Source: Octopus sinensis (taxonomy: Eukaryota). Taken from it: a DNA stretch of 64,000 bases. Positions 11,811 through 25,137 of the stretch are shown piece after piece. Within the stretch, counting starts at the first letter, position 1; the number at the start of each line of letters is the position of its first letter. A model generated the notes under the pieces. That model was not told the DNA's origin, did not search any database, and saw only the letters and a program-made list of their open reading frames with translations. The stretch covers positions 58,280,001-58,344,000 of the forward strand of contig NC_043012.1 in NCBI RefSeq assembly GCF_006345805.1. The letters are read 5' to 3'. The position numbers were made by a program, and so were the translations under genes.

Positions 11811-12499
11811 TTTATGTTTCTGAACAATGCTCTTCATTTCACATTGCTCCAGTTCGTCCAGTTGTAATCGGATAATCTTTTGAGGAATTGGCCCACTTAA
11901 GGGGAAATATTAGCCTGTGAAAATGACCTCCAACGGAGGTCTCGTGAGCCACGTTTTACATTCAGCTATCAAAATGTCGATTAGAAAAAAACCCGTACTG
12001 TGAATCCCGACTAGCTGAGATAGTTTTCTTAGACATGTCGATGATGATATGCAGGACTAGCAGTTTATTGTGCACGCAAACATCCGCTCTGCACTCCACT
12101 ATTCTTCATGCTGGAGAAAGGCCGTCTATCTGAGACGATCGAACTTCGTTTAAGTGCCATTGGTGTCGGGATTTGAATGCGAGTAGCCGGCACAGATAAT
12201 GCAGGACACCTTGGCCGATCGTCTAACTGTTTCCGAAGCCACCTTCTTCGTGCTTGCAAAACAGTAGGCACTGTTAGAATCTTCATCTGAGAGAGTGTAG
12301 ATTAAAACTAGACGGAACATTAAGTCTGTCACACAGGAGACCCAATACAATTAGCAAATAAATACTTTAATTCCCGACAGTTTTGTGTCAATTACGTTGT
12401 TTAAATATAAAATCATGTGACAAAACTAGCAACTGCCTACGATAAAAAAGCTTAGGGCGTCGAGACACAACACTGTTGGAAACACTGATATGGCGATTC

Positions 12500-13035
<536 letters not shown>

Positions 13036-13699
13036 TTAAGGAGGCAAAGACATAAACACACGCATATACACATTTATAATAATATATTCGTACAAGTCCT
13101 TGTCTCGTTAAACAATATATATATATATACGTATTGATGTATGCTAATGCGAATGCGACAAGAGACATGAGGCCAGTTGGTGGTAAGCTCCAGGCATGAC
13201 ACATATTAAACACTGTTTTAATCTCTCGTTTAAAGCTATTAAACTAAACTTAAGCCACCAAGACCCCACCATGAAATTATAAACTGCTGCCTAGCACCAA
13301 TTTATTCTCGCTCATTACAGTTCTTCACATACTATATTCATCAGCCCTCCCTCCGGGTCGGTGTTTACGTCATGCTGGGTCCAGTTTAGCTAGATCCAAG
13401 AAGAATTAATTTATCTTTAATACCTCTGTGATCAGTAAATTAATTATCGATAATATATATTGTGAATTCTATTGACAACCTGACAACTTTGTTGTGCTAT
13501 TGTGTGGGAATACATGGTCGTGAGAGGAGTGAGCATGATTGTGTAGTTAAGAAGTTCGAGTCGCAACCACATGATTTGGAATTTAGGGCTACTGAGCAGC
13601 CCTTTAGACAAATGTCTGCTAGGAATGCCTACTACATCTCCATGCCGAAAGATGCCCTTTGGTTGATGGTGGTAAAAAGAAAACTGTTCAGAAGCTCAT

Positions 13700-13731
<32 letters not shown>

Positions 13732-13775
13732 TGTATCTATCTATTCCTGTCTGTCTGTCTGTCTGTCTCTCTCTA

Positions 13776-13807
<32 letters not shown>

Positions 13808-13847
13808 ATTATATATTATATGCGTGTGTATATATGCAGAATATGTA

Positions 13848-13891
<44 letters not shown>

Positions 13892-14034
13892 GTGAAATAA
13901 AAGATGAATAATCTTGTAGTGGATTAATCAAAAGTTTAACCGATACCTTAGTAGCAAAAATCACAGCAGTGAAACACGGTTGGAGGTACAACCATCTGGC
14001 GTTGCAACCGTGCGTTGTGCGGATAATTGAAATT

Positions 14035-14242
14035 AAAACATTATTGGTGAATTGAAGAAATGGAGCTGAACGCAGATGAACAGAAATCGTTTATTTATTT
14101 ACACGTGTTTCGAAGGCACAAATTACCAAAATCCGATTTGGTAATTTGTGCCTTTCGAAACACGTGTAGAATGTAGAATATTAAAACGATTTCTGTTCAA
14201 TCTGCGTTCAGCTCCATTTCTTCAATTCACCAATAATGTTTT
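14035..14242. repeat. ~208-bp near-perfect palindrome (foldback)
   Basis: AAAACATTATTGGTGAATTGAAG.. pairs with ..CAATTCACCAATAATGTTTT. Centre is ACCAAAATCCGATTTGGT at ~14131. Confidence 0.95.
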
Positions 14243-14795
14243 TATATATATATATATATATATGTATGTATGATATATAATATATGTATACATATTATAT
14301 ATAAATATAAATATATATACATATATATATATATATATGTATGCATATATATATATACACACACACACACATATATATATAATATATATATATATATATG
14401 TCTGAATCATTCCTCAGTGATCTATTAAGCATTGATATAATTCCTCCCATGCTATTTATTACAACCAAACTATTCATTACTCAGCACCAGAGGAAAACAT
14501 CTGAGACAATTTACCAATCACTAATGATATTATATTAATGATATTCAATAAAAATCTATCAAGTTTCTGTTGCTTATGTATATAGCGAATTATAGCAATA
14601 TACAAATGATGAAACAAATCAGTTTAACGATAATATTAAAGTGACTTAGCCGTAATGCATTTATGGTATTTAATAACTATGGATGAAGCTAATCCTTCGA
14701 TTTAATAGATGAGTCCCAAGTGAAGTGTCTCCTCGTCTATAGAGCTCTATCCAGAGCTGACGGAAAGAAGGAACTTACCTCCACCGTAATCTATA

Positions 14796-15195
14796 TACTC
14801 TTTACTCTTTTACTTGTTTTAGTCATTTGACTGCACCATGCTGGAACACCGCCTTTTAGTCGAGCAAATCGTAGTACTTATTCTATCGGTCTGTTTTGCT
14901 GAACCGCTAAATTACGGGGATGTAAACACACCAGCATCGGTTGTCAAGCGATGTTGGAGGGACAAACACAGACACACAAACATATACACACATTTACATA
15001 TATACATATAAATATACTTATAAGATAAGTATATATAAGATAAGTATATACTTATACAGATAAGAGGAAAAAATCTATCAGAAAGGAACTCTAATCTTTT
15101 GATAAGCATAGCAAATGCGCAACCGGTAAAAAAAACTTCACCTAATTAAATTACTTAAATTACTTAAATTATTTTGTCAGCATTTTCTTCATTTC

Positions 15196-15243
<48 letters not shown>

Positions 15244-15476
15244 TACGACCATCAAAAGGTCCTGCAAGAATAAAGAATATATATATAGACACATATATAT
15301 ATACATATATACGACAGGCTTCATTCAGTTTCCGTCTACCAAATCCACCCACAAGGCTTTGGTCGGCCCGAGGCTATAGTAGAAGACACTTGCCCAAGGT
15401 GCCACGCAGTGGGACTGAACTGAGAACCATGTGGTTGGTAAGCAAACTACTTACCACACAGCCACTCCTACGCCTA
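14796..15476 (-). mobile_element. SINE family A, interrupted in its internal microsatellite by foreign inserts
   Basis: Tail half at 14796-14975 and head half at 15311-15476. Confidence 0.8.
15097..15130 (+). ncRNA. Hammerhead motif, U3-A8 type, one core substitution (GCAA for GAAA)
   Basis: TT-TTGATAA-GCAT agcaa ATGC-GCAA-CCGG-TA-AA. Confidence 0.5.
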
Positions 15477-15946
15477 TTGAAAGTTTATGTAAGCCAGAAG
15501 TGAAAATGGGTTAGCTTAGGACTAACCACTCTACTTAGGAAAAAGCGAAGTTAGAGAAGCCTCGATGATCATTGGAAAAAACAACAATATCTGTGAGAGG
15601 AAAGCTTTTCTTTGCGGAAACAAATAATGCTATGTAGCAAAATCGGAAACACGTAACAAAATCCGAAACGAAGCTTTGCAAGGGTAATGGTCCAAGGGGA
15701 GAGCACCGGAAAAAGGCACTCCAAATTCGAGAACAGTATCGACCAGTCGTTGATCGCATATGCTCCGTGGAGAGCAAAGGATTTATGTAAAGTATGTATG
15801 AAATTCACTATCAATTAGACTTGGTATACCAAATTTATAGCATGCAACAAGCACAAGAATTTGTGTGTGTCATACTCCGTCTCATACAGTATCTGATCAT
15901 ACAGTAGTTGATCACCTATGCTCCATAGGGAGCAAACGATAAACGT

Positions 15947-16249
15947 CGCCCTTTTCAAGCCTAGCCAGGCTCATGGGCCCGGTTTCCCGGTTTCGGTGGC
16001 GTATGTGTTCCCCCCAGCTGGACGGGACGTCAGTCCATCGCAGCGTTACTCAAGAAACAGGAAGAAAGAGTGAGATAAGGTTGTGGCGAAAGAGTACAAC
16101 AAGGGTCGCCACCACGCCCTGCGGAAGCTCGTAGAGCTTTTAGGTGGTTCCGCTCCAATAAACACACACAACGCACGGTCTGGGAATCGAAACCACAATC
16201 CTCCGACCGCAAGTCCGCTGCCTTAACCACTGGACCATTGCGCCTCCAC
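15947..16249 (-). mobile_element. SINE family C, tail type 1 (GCGATGGACTGxCGTCCCGTCCAG, V/Meta-SINE-like motif)
   Basis: Minus-strand head GGAGGCGCAATGGTCCAGTGGTTAAGG..GGTTTCGATTCCC. Confidence 0.85.
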
Positions 16250-17161
16250 GCATAGGAAGCAAAGGGTTTATGTAAAATATGTATGTAATTGATAGAGCCT
16301 GTTTACGTGTAGCTATTTGAGAGGCCGTCACACATACTAAGGGCGACATTCGAAGCAGGTGAAAGTTTATGATTTGCAATGAGAAGAGAAAGCAACAAGT
16401 TCAGAATTGAGCCATATTATTCTTCATGCCATCTCACTGATTGTCACGTGCATGGTTCATGAACGGAAATTGGTATCTATCTCAAATTCCACTATCAATT
16501 AGACTTGGTATACCAAATTTATAGCATGCAACAAGCACAAGAACACATTTGTGTGTCTCATACTCCGTTGATTTCAACAAATTCGCAAATGAGACTCTTT
16601 TCATGCAGGTTTTCACTTACAATTAGTTTGGAGTCTAAACTGTTTGGTGGTTTAGAATCGAACTCTTCATTCAAGCGAGTAGAATATTTAATGAAACATA
16701 CGACTTAAAATTAATGACTTTATGCAATTAGGCGTCTTGGGCCATAAAGCGAGACGTGTCTTAAGCATGGAGAAGATGTAATTACATTCTGGATACATAC
16801 GATGTCGCAAACATAAAATATAATGGCTAATATCGACTGGGTAAAAAGGTTCTGTGTTATACAAGAGAAGAGTTTAAAATTTATGATGCCTTTCCCTGTA
16901 TCATTACAATCGTAAATAAAGTTTATGCTTCTAATAGTATAGGGAAATGAGTAAGTATATGATATGCATAAGCAAATGACTTCGATGAAGATGCAAAAAC
17001 CGTGTCGCGGATATGTCTAGCCGGAGAGTTAAATATGGCTCTCAGGAACTTGCTGTAATAAACCCCGCCCACGAAATTACTTATACTGTTAAGTAGGCGA
17101 CTAGGTCCAGAATTAAGGTAAATCTATCACATGAAACTCATAAAGCTTTTGCAATAGTTAT

Positions 17162-17205
<44 letters not shown>

Positions 17206-17844
17206 CCAGGGGAAAAATAAAATATTAATATCAGAATATAACGGACATATTACGTGTACTAACGTAATGAAATATAATTAGTGGATCAACTAGTTAGAGT
17301 TAATTAGCGATGATTGAGCACATCATTCTGATAGTTAAAATATATGAACGATTCAGAACGGTGTCTGGCAATGTTCGTCATGTTCGATAGAAACAGTAAT
17401 TTGTATTGATATGAAATAGCTATCTCTTGAGTTTTATGAACGATAGCTACTAATGGGTTACTCCCACCTGCAGTTACAGCAAACCAGAAATGAATATTGC
17501 CTTGTTCTGTGAATGTATGGATATACAAGCGCGCACACACATCGACACACAGACACAGCAAACGTTTGCGTGCACACACATTAAGGTTCGCACGTTTACA
17601 CACATACGCACAACCGTGCACAAACGTACACAGTGTATGTGTGTATATGTATGTTTGTAAATATGTGTCCATATATGCATACGTGTATAATTGCACTCAC
17701 ACATATATGTACGCATATATATGTATACACACACATTCAAATATATATATGCGTTTATATATAAAATGATATCAAATATATATGTGTGCATGTATAAAAT
17801 CATATATTTATATACACATACATACATACATACATACATAACAC

Positions 17845-17888
<44 letters not shown>

Positions 17889-18150
17889 GTGGAGGTGCAA
17901 TGGCCCAGTGGTTAGGGCAGCAGACTCGCGGTTTTTATTCTCAGACCGGGCACTGTGAGTGTTTATTGAGCGAAAACACCTAAGGCTCCATAGGCTCAAG
18001 CAGGGGGTGGTGGGATCCCTGCTGTTCTCTTTTGCCACAACATTTCTCTCACTCTAACTCTCTGTGGGCCTGCTCGCTTAGCCAGCGGGATGGCGCATTG
18101 TGACCAGCGATTTGTAGCAAATTCTGATAGTCTGGTTGGTCACCGTGATA
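17889..18150 (+). mobile_element. SINE family C, tail type 2 (ends CACCGTGAT)
   Basis: Same head and body as 15947-16249 but a different 3' end, GGGCCTGCTCGCTTAGCCAGCGG..TGGTCACCGTGAT. Confidence 0.8.
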
Positions 18151-18434
18151 TATATATATGATATCAAATATATATATATGTGTGTGTGTGTATAAAATCT
18201 ATATTTATATACACATGCATACATACATATATATATAAATATATTATAGGGAATGAGAAAGTGAGAATAAAAGAAAGGGAGTTAAAAATTATTGCTTAAT
18301 ACACACACATATAAACATATGTATATACATATCTGTATATATTTTCATAGACACATGTTTACACATATACCGTACACACATCTATAAGCAATCTACATGG
18401 ATATATATATATATATATCTATATATATAATATA

Positions 18435-18468
<34 letters not shown>

Positions 18469-18791
18469 TGTGTACATGTGTGTGGTCTGTGTGTATCACT
18501 GTGTGTACGATTGTGTGTGCACTCTCAGTGATTAAATATCTCATTGAGATTAACTAAACCTCTAGGATGTTCGTTTGTATATCCACTGCATACCTACACT
18601 TATTTAAACGTTCGGACGTATGTTCCCCGAGGAAAGTATTGTGAAGATATTTTTCACCAGCTACCATGACAGTTATTATTATCTTTCCTACATAAACTGA
18701 CCGCTTCTAACATTCTTGATTATGGCAACTAGGACAATACATTCATAAGTAAAACAACTAAATATCCTTAATAAAATATTTACTACAACAC

Positions 18792-18834
18792 CAGCTGAGG
18801 AGACTACTATGCTACGAAACATCTAGATGACCTG
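18792..18834 (+). ncRNA. Degenerate hammerhead motif (canonical CTGAGGA core)
   Basis: CAG-CTGAGGA-gactactatgctac-GAAA-CATCTAGATG-AC-CTG. U16.1 is replaced by A and stem II is poor. Confidence 0.35.
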
Positions 18835-19100
18835 CAAGGTAAATTTTTGTAAGTTTTTATGTTTCTCTAACGTTGCATATTTAATGCTCATTCTTCCCGA
18901 TTTTTTCTGTTTAAATTCTCAAAGACATAAATAGCATAGTACCGAAGAAAAGAATACCGTCTAAAAGTCCTGCAAGAACAAAAAATGAAATATTTCGGTT
19001 AAGTGACAAAAAAATTGTTTGGCGCACGTGGTCGAGTGTCTGGATGATAGATATATATGTAGTTGTCGACTTGTTCTACCCTGTATTTACACTACTATTT

Positions 19101-19430
19101 GTAGCTCAGTGGTTACAGCGTCGGGCTTACAATCATGAGACAGTGCGTTCAATTCCGGGACCGGGCTGTTTGTGGTGTTCTTTATTTTCATGTTGTTTCA
19201 GTTCACTCAGCTGTAGGAATGTTTTGCGACGCTACTGCTGCCAAGCTGTATCAGCCTTTGCCTCTCCCTTGGATAACATCAGTGGCGTGGAGAGGGAAGT
19301 CTGTTATGCATGGGCGACTACTGGTCTTTTATAAACAACATAGTCCAGACTTTTGCCGCGGAGGGTAACATTATAAGTGCAATCCCATTGTTATTCCTGA
19401 CCGAAGAGGGTCTTTACCCTTCACCATTTT
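19101..19430 (+). mobile_element. SINE family D
   Basis: TAGCTCAGTGGTTACAGCG..GTTCAATTCC head. Homologous to 35115-35443(-). Confidence 0.75.
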
Positions 19431-20109
19431 ATTTATAGCATTATCTACTGTGTTTCACCGTTCCAAAACATAACTATTTCATGTTCTCTCGAAGCTTATT
19501 TATTCTTGTGATGTCAACAATGTACATATAAAATGAAATACAAAGATAGACAGACAATTAGATACACATATTTTCAGTCAGATAGATAGATAGATAAGTA
19601 GATAGATGAATGGACAGACGGATAAATAGATAGCTAGATATGGAGACAGATGCGCAAATAGACAGGTTGATAGAGGGATAAGCAGATAGATTCATTAGAA
19701 TCAAACGTAGAACCTTGTTCATATGCTGTTGTGTGTGGGGAGAGGCATTTTCTGTTTGTGCCTTATAATTTAACACACTCACCAGTAAAATTTCCACTTA
19801 TTTATCATTTTTATTTTCCTAAAATATTCGTTGCGTCTTGCAAATTTTCAAGAGTCAAGACTATTGAAAAGGTTGCAAAGAGCAATGAAAATTTCTAGGA
19901 AAATAAAAGTTAGGAATAAGTGGGAATTTTACCGCTGAGTGTGTTAAATTATAAGGCACAAAAAGAAAATGCCTCTCCACACACACAACAGAATATGCTT
20001 CAACACACAAACTCACATAAAGAATCTTGCAAGTCAAATCCCAAAACGAAATATTGTTCATATGGATGTCACCAAACTCAGCTTCATTGCAGCCGTGGTA
20101 AGAAAAACA

Positions 20110-20240
20110 ATTCTGATGATGATGTTGACGATGATGAGGAGGAGAAGGAGGGGGAGATTGAAGAAGGCGAAGAGGGGAGGAGGGAAGAGAAGGTGGAGGA
20201 GGTGAATGATGGTGACGATGAGGACGACGAGGATGATGAT
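20110..20240. repeat. (GAT)n/(GAG)n trinucleotide low-complexity tract
   Basis: Direct observation. Confidence 0.85.
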
Positions 20241-20369
20241 GATGACTAGGATGATGGTGAAGATGATGATGATTCATACCATTACTCTGGTCTCTCGCAT
20301 TTCATATAGAGGCGAAACCTACAATGTTTGTCATTTGGTTACTTCATACCATTGATGTCAGTACAGGAC

Positions 20370-20688
20370 TAGTAATCGAATATTTTATTTTATCGATCAC
20401 AAAGTTTAAGAGCCGAAAGAAATGAACATAAGCAATCTGTTCCAGCTCTGACAGCTCGCTGTTTGAATAAGAATCCTTTTTAGTATAGGCACGAGGCGGT
20501 AATTTCATGGGAGGAGCTAAGTCAATTACATCGACCTCAGTACTCAACTGGTACTTATTTTGTCGACCTCGAAAGGATGAAAGGCAAAGTTGAGGTTGCT
20601 GGAAATTGAATTCAGAACGTAAAGAAGGATGAAATACCGCTGAGCAATTTGTCCGAGTTGCTAGCGATAGTTTCCAGATCGCCGACTT
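20370..20688 (-). mobile_element. SINE family B, diverged dimer
   Basis: CAACTGGTACTTATTTTGTCGACCTCGAAAGGATGAAAGGCAAAG. Confidence 0.75.
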
Positions 20689-20725
20689 AATAATAATAAT
20701 GATAATAATAATAATAATAATAATA

Positions 20726-20756
<31 letters not shown>

Positions 20757-20803
20757 TTATAAAAAGGGAGATGATGATGAGGATAACGATGATAATAATA
20801 ACA

Positions 20804-20848
<45 letters not shown>

Positions 20849-20851
20849 GTA

Positions 20852-20903
<52 letters not shown>

Positions 20904-20954
20904 TAATAATTATAAAAATGGAGATGATGATGAGGATACGATGATAATAATAAC

Positions 20955-20986
<32 letters not shown>

Positions 20987-21005
20987 AATTATTATTATTA
21001 TTATA

Positions 21006-21036
<31 letters not shown>

Positions 21037-21045
21037 TTATTATTA

Positions 21046-21110
<65 letters not shown>

Positions 21111-21128
21111 ATTATCATTATTATTATT
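20689..21128. repeat. (AAT)n switching to (ATT)n, with an internal duplicated GAT block
   Basis: Orientation switch at ~20972. TATAAAAAxGGAGATGATGATGAGGATA occurs twice. Confidence 0.95.
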
Positions 21129-21771
21129 ATCCTTTCTTCAAGGGTTCAAGGGCCGAACGCAAGACAAATTGGAACAATACAGCAAAGTGAAGAGGAACAA
21201 CACTTTCACCCACCTTTCAACAAAAATACTGGTGGTGTTAGTGGGTGGGGGTACAGTACTTCTCTCTCCACCCACCCTTTCCTTTTAGAGTGGAACTTTA
21301 AAATGTCTATGAGGGCTCGGCTGAATAGGAAGGTATCTGTCTTTAGTCCTTTCAATCTCATACATTGCACTACCTCCTTCGTTCTTCGGTAGCACTGCCA
21401 GACCAGAGATTTTGGGAAATTATCCGTACACGCACAAGCACACACACATATTCTACCACACATACTTTCACACACAGACGTACACAATACCAACGTTACT
21501 ATACGCACGCAAACTTCTAAGACACACGGTCATAGACAGAAAGCACCAAAATTTATGCATCATATTTGTGAAGCGTGTAGTATGTACACGTATACATATA
21601 AATACATACCTACACACACGCACACAAATATATATTTCTATGTGTGTGTGTGTGTATGCGCTCGCGTGTATACGTAGGTAAGTATTTAATAATATGTTTA
21701 TGCGTACATACTAGAGGCTTAAAAATGTATTGATGTATATATATATATATTATATATATATATATATATAT

Positions 21772-21846
21772 GTCCTCCTTGGGCTAAAAACTACAGTAGC
21801 ATCCACCCTTAGGGGTAGCCATATTGAAATGGCTAATATGCGTCAC
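21772..21846 (+). repeat. Conserved hammerhead-associated motif, with no recognisable upstream ribozyme (TA tract instead)
   Basis: GGGCTAAAAACTACAGTAGCATCCACCCTTAGGGGTAGCCATATTGAAATGGCTA. Confidence 0.7.
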
Positions 21847-22144
21847 GATGTGTTACCGCTACTGTATATAACTCACTTTGATATTTATCATTATATATAT
21901 ATATAATTATACCAATAAGGGCTTTGCAACAAGTTGCTTGACCATATACCGAAAATTTTAGAAATAGCAGCTAAAGGACTACTATTTCATTTTTCTACAA
22001 AAACATGTCTTCACATACGATAATATTTGTAACTCATATATGGCAATAAAAGAAGAAAAATAATGAAATCAGTCTTCGATTAATTATGTACGTACGTTTC
22101 TAGATTGAATCATACGATTCATTCCTTCATCGACATATCTGTAA

Positions 22145-22179
<35 letters not shown>

Positions 22180-22274
22180 TTATAATTAATATAATAATAA
22201 TAATAAAATAATAATAATAATAGGGAATATCAAATTGATTTGCCTAATAGTGGTTTTATCTCTAATTTAATATA

Positions 22275-22320
<46 letters not shown>

Positions 22321-23072
22321 ATATATATATATAAAGTAGATGAATATATTTTTCCTGTTAACAATTAACACGCAAAAAATAATAATAATAATAATGTCGA
22401 TGATGACGATGATGACGATATGATAATAATAATGATAATAATAACGATGACGATGTTTAACCAGGTATAATTGAATTATACTTGCGGTAAACTCCATATA
22501 TATATATATATTATATATATATGTGTGTGTGTGGTGTGTGTGTGTGTGTGTGTGTGTACATACATCATACATATGTAGTTACATTTATACGTATACGCAT
22601 ATATAATATACATGTACACACATACACATACACATATTTATATACATGTGCATATATAGATACATATATGTAGCAAACAAGATGTCGGCAAAGCTTGTTT
22701 GCTAGAGATGAAATTCAGTAGAAGCGAGATTGGTGAGAAAATTGAGAGCAGCTCAGTGGTAGGCAAGGTAGAAACTTGAACGAAGCATAATCCAATCAGC
22801 CGTTTGTCACCAGAAACTTGTGTGGAAGAAGTAGGAAGCAGACGAGCGAATGTATAATAAAATATCATATTAAATTGAGTGTACGATTAGCTGTAAGAAA
22901 ATATTAATTATGATATGAGAGTCGAGGAAATGTATAACGAAGAAAAAAAAAATACAAGCTTTTTGCCCTCCTCTCAGGTTTTTCAATCATCCACGCGCAC
23001 ACAAGCATATTCACTCACCTAAAACACATATACGCGAACATGCGTATAGATTTTTTTCCTTTTTTTTTTTAT

Positions 23073-23377
23073 GCGCCCTTTTCAAGCCCAGCCAGGCTCA
23101 TGAGCCCGGTTTCCCGGTTTCTGTGGCATAATAATTCCCCCCCTAGCTGGACGGGACGCCAGGCCATCGCAGCGTTACTCAAGAAATAGGAAGAAAGAGT
23201 GAGAGAAAGTCGGAGCAAAAGAGTACAACAGGGGTCACCACCACCCCCTGCCGGAGACTCGTGGAGCTTTTAGGTGTTTCCGCTCAATAAACACACACAA
23301 CGCCTGGTCTGGGAATCGAAACCGCGATCCTCCGACCGCGAGTTCGCTGTCCTAACCACTGGCCCATTGCGCCTCCC
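23073..23377 (-). mobile_element. SINE family C, tail type 1
   Basis: Full-length homolog of 15947-16249 with an A-rich end. Confidence 0.85.
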
Positions 23378-23586
23378 GCATATAAATATATAGGAAGGAA
23401 ACAGAAATGAGTTCTCATGCGAGCCTCGTGTGGTCTCCGGACCAGCTAGCAAGCGGAGTTATATCTTCCTCAAATATTGCGCACTTGTTTCAAAAGCAAA
23501 CACATTGGATGATGTCATATTTGATTCTTTTTACGTAGGAAAAAGTTCAGTTGGTCCCAGCTCAAAAAAACAAAACAAAAACAAGC

Positions 23587-23845
23587 AGCTAAAGCTCCAC
23601 GTGGATCCGGCAGGGGTGGTGGCGAACCCTACTGTATTCTTTTACCACAACTTTCTCTCACTCTTTGTTCCAATTTCTGTTGTACCTGTATTTCAAAGGG
23701 CCAGCCTTGTCACGCTGAATCTCCCCGAGAACTAGGTTAAGGATATACATATCGCTGAAGAGCTCAGCCACTTGCACAATAATTTCACGAGCAGGTTGTT
23801 CAGTTGTTCGGATCAACTATCAACCTCGTAACCTACGGAGTGCAA

Positions 23846-23847
<2 letters not shown>
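23587..23847 (+). mobile_element. SINE family C body with tail type 3
   Basis: AAAGCTCCACG..CCGGCAGGGG..CACAACTTTCTCTCACTC, then AAAGGGCCAGCCTTGTCAC... The tail is homologous to 27085-27268. Confidence 0.7.
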
Positions 23848-23891
<44 letters not shown>

Positions 23892-23978
23892 TATATATAA
23901 TATATATATATATAAATATTATATATATATAATATAAATTTATATGATATATATTATATATATATATATATAAATATA

Positions 23979-24019
<41 letters not shown>

Positions 24020-24029
24020 TATATATATA

Positions 24030-24083
<54 letters not shown>

Positions 24084-24110
24084 CTATATATATACATAAC
24101 ATCGGGGAAA

Positions 24111-24720
24111 CCATATGTGGAAAACCTTACGCTAGAAAAGATCCGCTATGGTCTCAACCACTAAGAATTGTTCTCCAGAAAATTTAGCACACCGGATACG
24201 TAAGCGCGCAAGACAAATGAAATATAACAAAAATATAGAGTAATCACAAACAATTGTTTCACTATCAATAAAGTACGTAATTTTACTGACAAAACTTATC
24301 TGTAGATCGTCAGTGTGATCCTCTTTGCAAGATATAATTTGTAGAACTACATGCCAGATATCAACACGAGGTCGAAAATGCATGTAGTTCCACCTATTAT
24401 ATTTGCGGTTATTTTCAAAAGTCTTCGTTTAGGCGCGCTGAATTACCGGAAATAAATACTGCATAAATAATTCACTGCAGTAGTTTTCGCCGGTTTGAGG
24501 ACGTATTAATTTAAAATTAAAATGAAAATAGAGGTGAAAAATTGGATATTAATTTAATAACATCAATTTAGCACCAGTGGTCTAGCATATAAAAATCTGA
24601 GATTCAGTAAATAGTATTTTATACATAAAATAAGAGGGAGCCACTATGTAGAAACGCTTACGCTAGAAAAAAGATCCGCTATGGTCTCACCACTAAATTG
24701 TTCTCCAAAAATTTAGCACC
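24111..24720 (+). mobile_element. Unclassified element with ~80-bp direct terminal repeats (24111-24192, 24641-24720)
   Basis: CTTACGCTAGAAAA(AA)GATCCGCTATGGTCTCA(A)CCACTAA..TTGTTCTCCA.AAAATTTAGCAC occurs twice. Both ends are flanked by TA tracts. Confidence 0.6.
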
Positions 24721-25009
24721 CAGGAACATATATATATATATATATAGATATATATATATATATATAATATATATATATATATAATATATATATTATATTA
24801 TGTATATATACACTCACACATACATATATATACATATATATATAGTAAAAGGGTACAATTAATTATTTATTGATACACACACACACACACCACACATATA
24901 TATATATATATATATCTATATATTTATATATATATATATATGTATACATAATATTTGTGTGTGTGTATCTGTGTTGTTCCCACCAATAGAATATGTACTA
25001 CGGTTACAA

Positions 25010-25099
25010 CGAATAAGACTTGGATCGATTTGTTCGACTAAAAGCGGTGCTCCAGCACGGCCGCATTCAAATGACTTAAAATAGTAAAAGAATAAAAGG

Positions 25100-25100
<1 letters not shown>
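25010..25100 (+). mobile_element. SINE family A, 3' tail only
   Basis: GATCGATTTGTTCGACTAAAAGCGGTGCTCCAGCACGGCCGC..AGTAAAAGAATAAAAG. Confidence 0.75.

Positions 25101-25137
<37 letters not shown>

Noticed and set aside
13315-13350. Minus-strand CTGATGA..GAAG hammerhead-like motif
   Set aside because: A15.1, stem III and stem I do not form.
19920-20249. Acidic 109-aa ORF
   Set aside because: It is driven by GAT/GAG trinucleotide repeats, and the N-terminal part duplicates nearby non-coding sequence at ~19715-19780.
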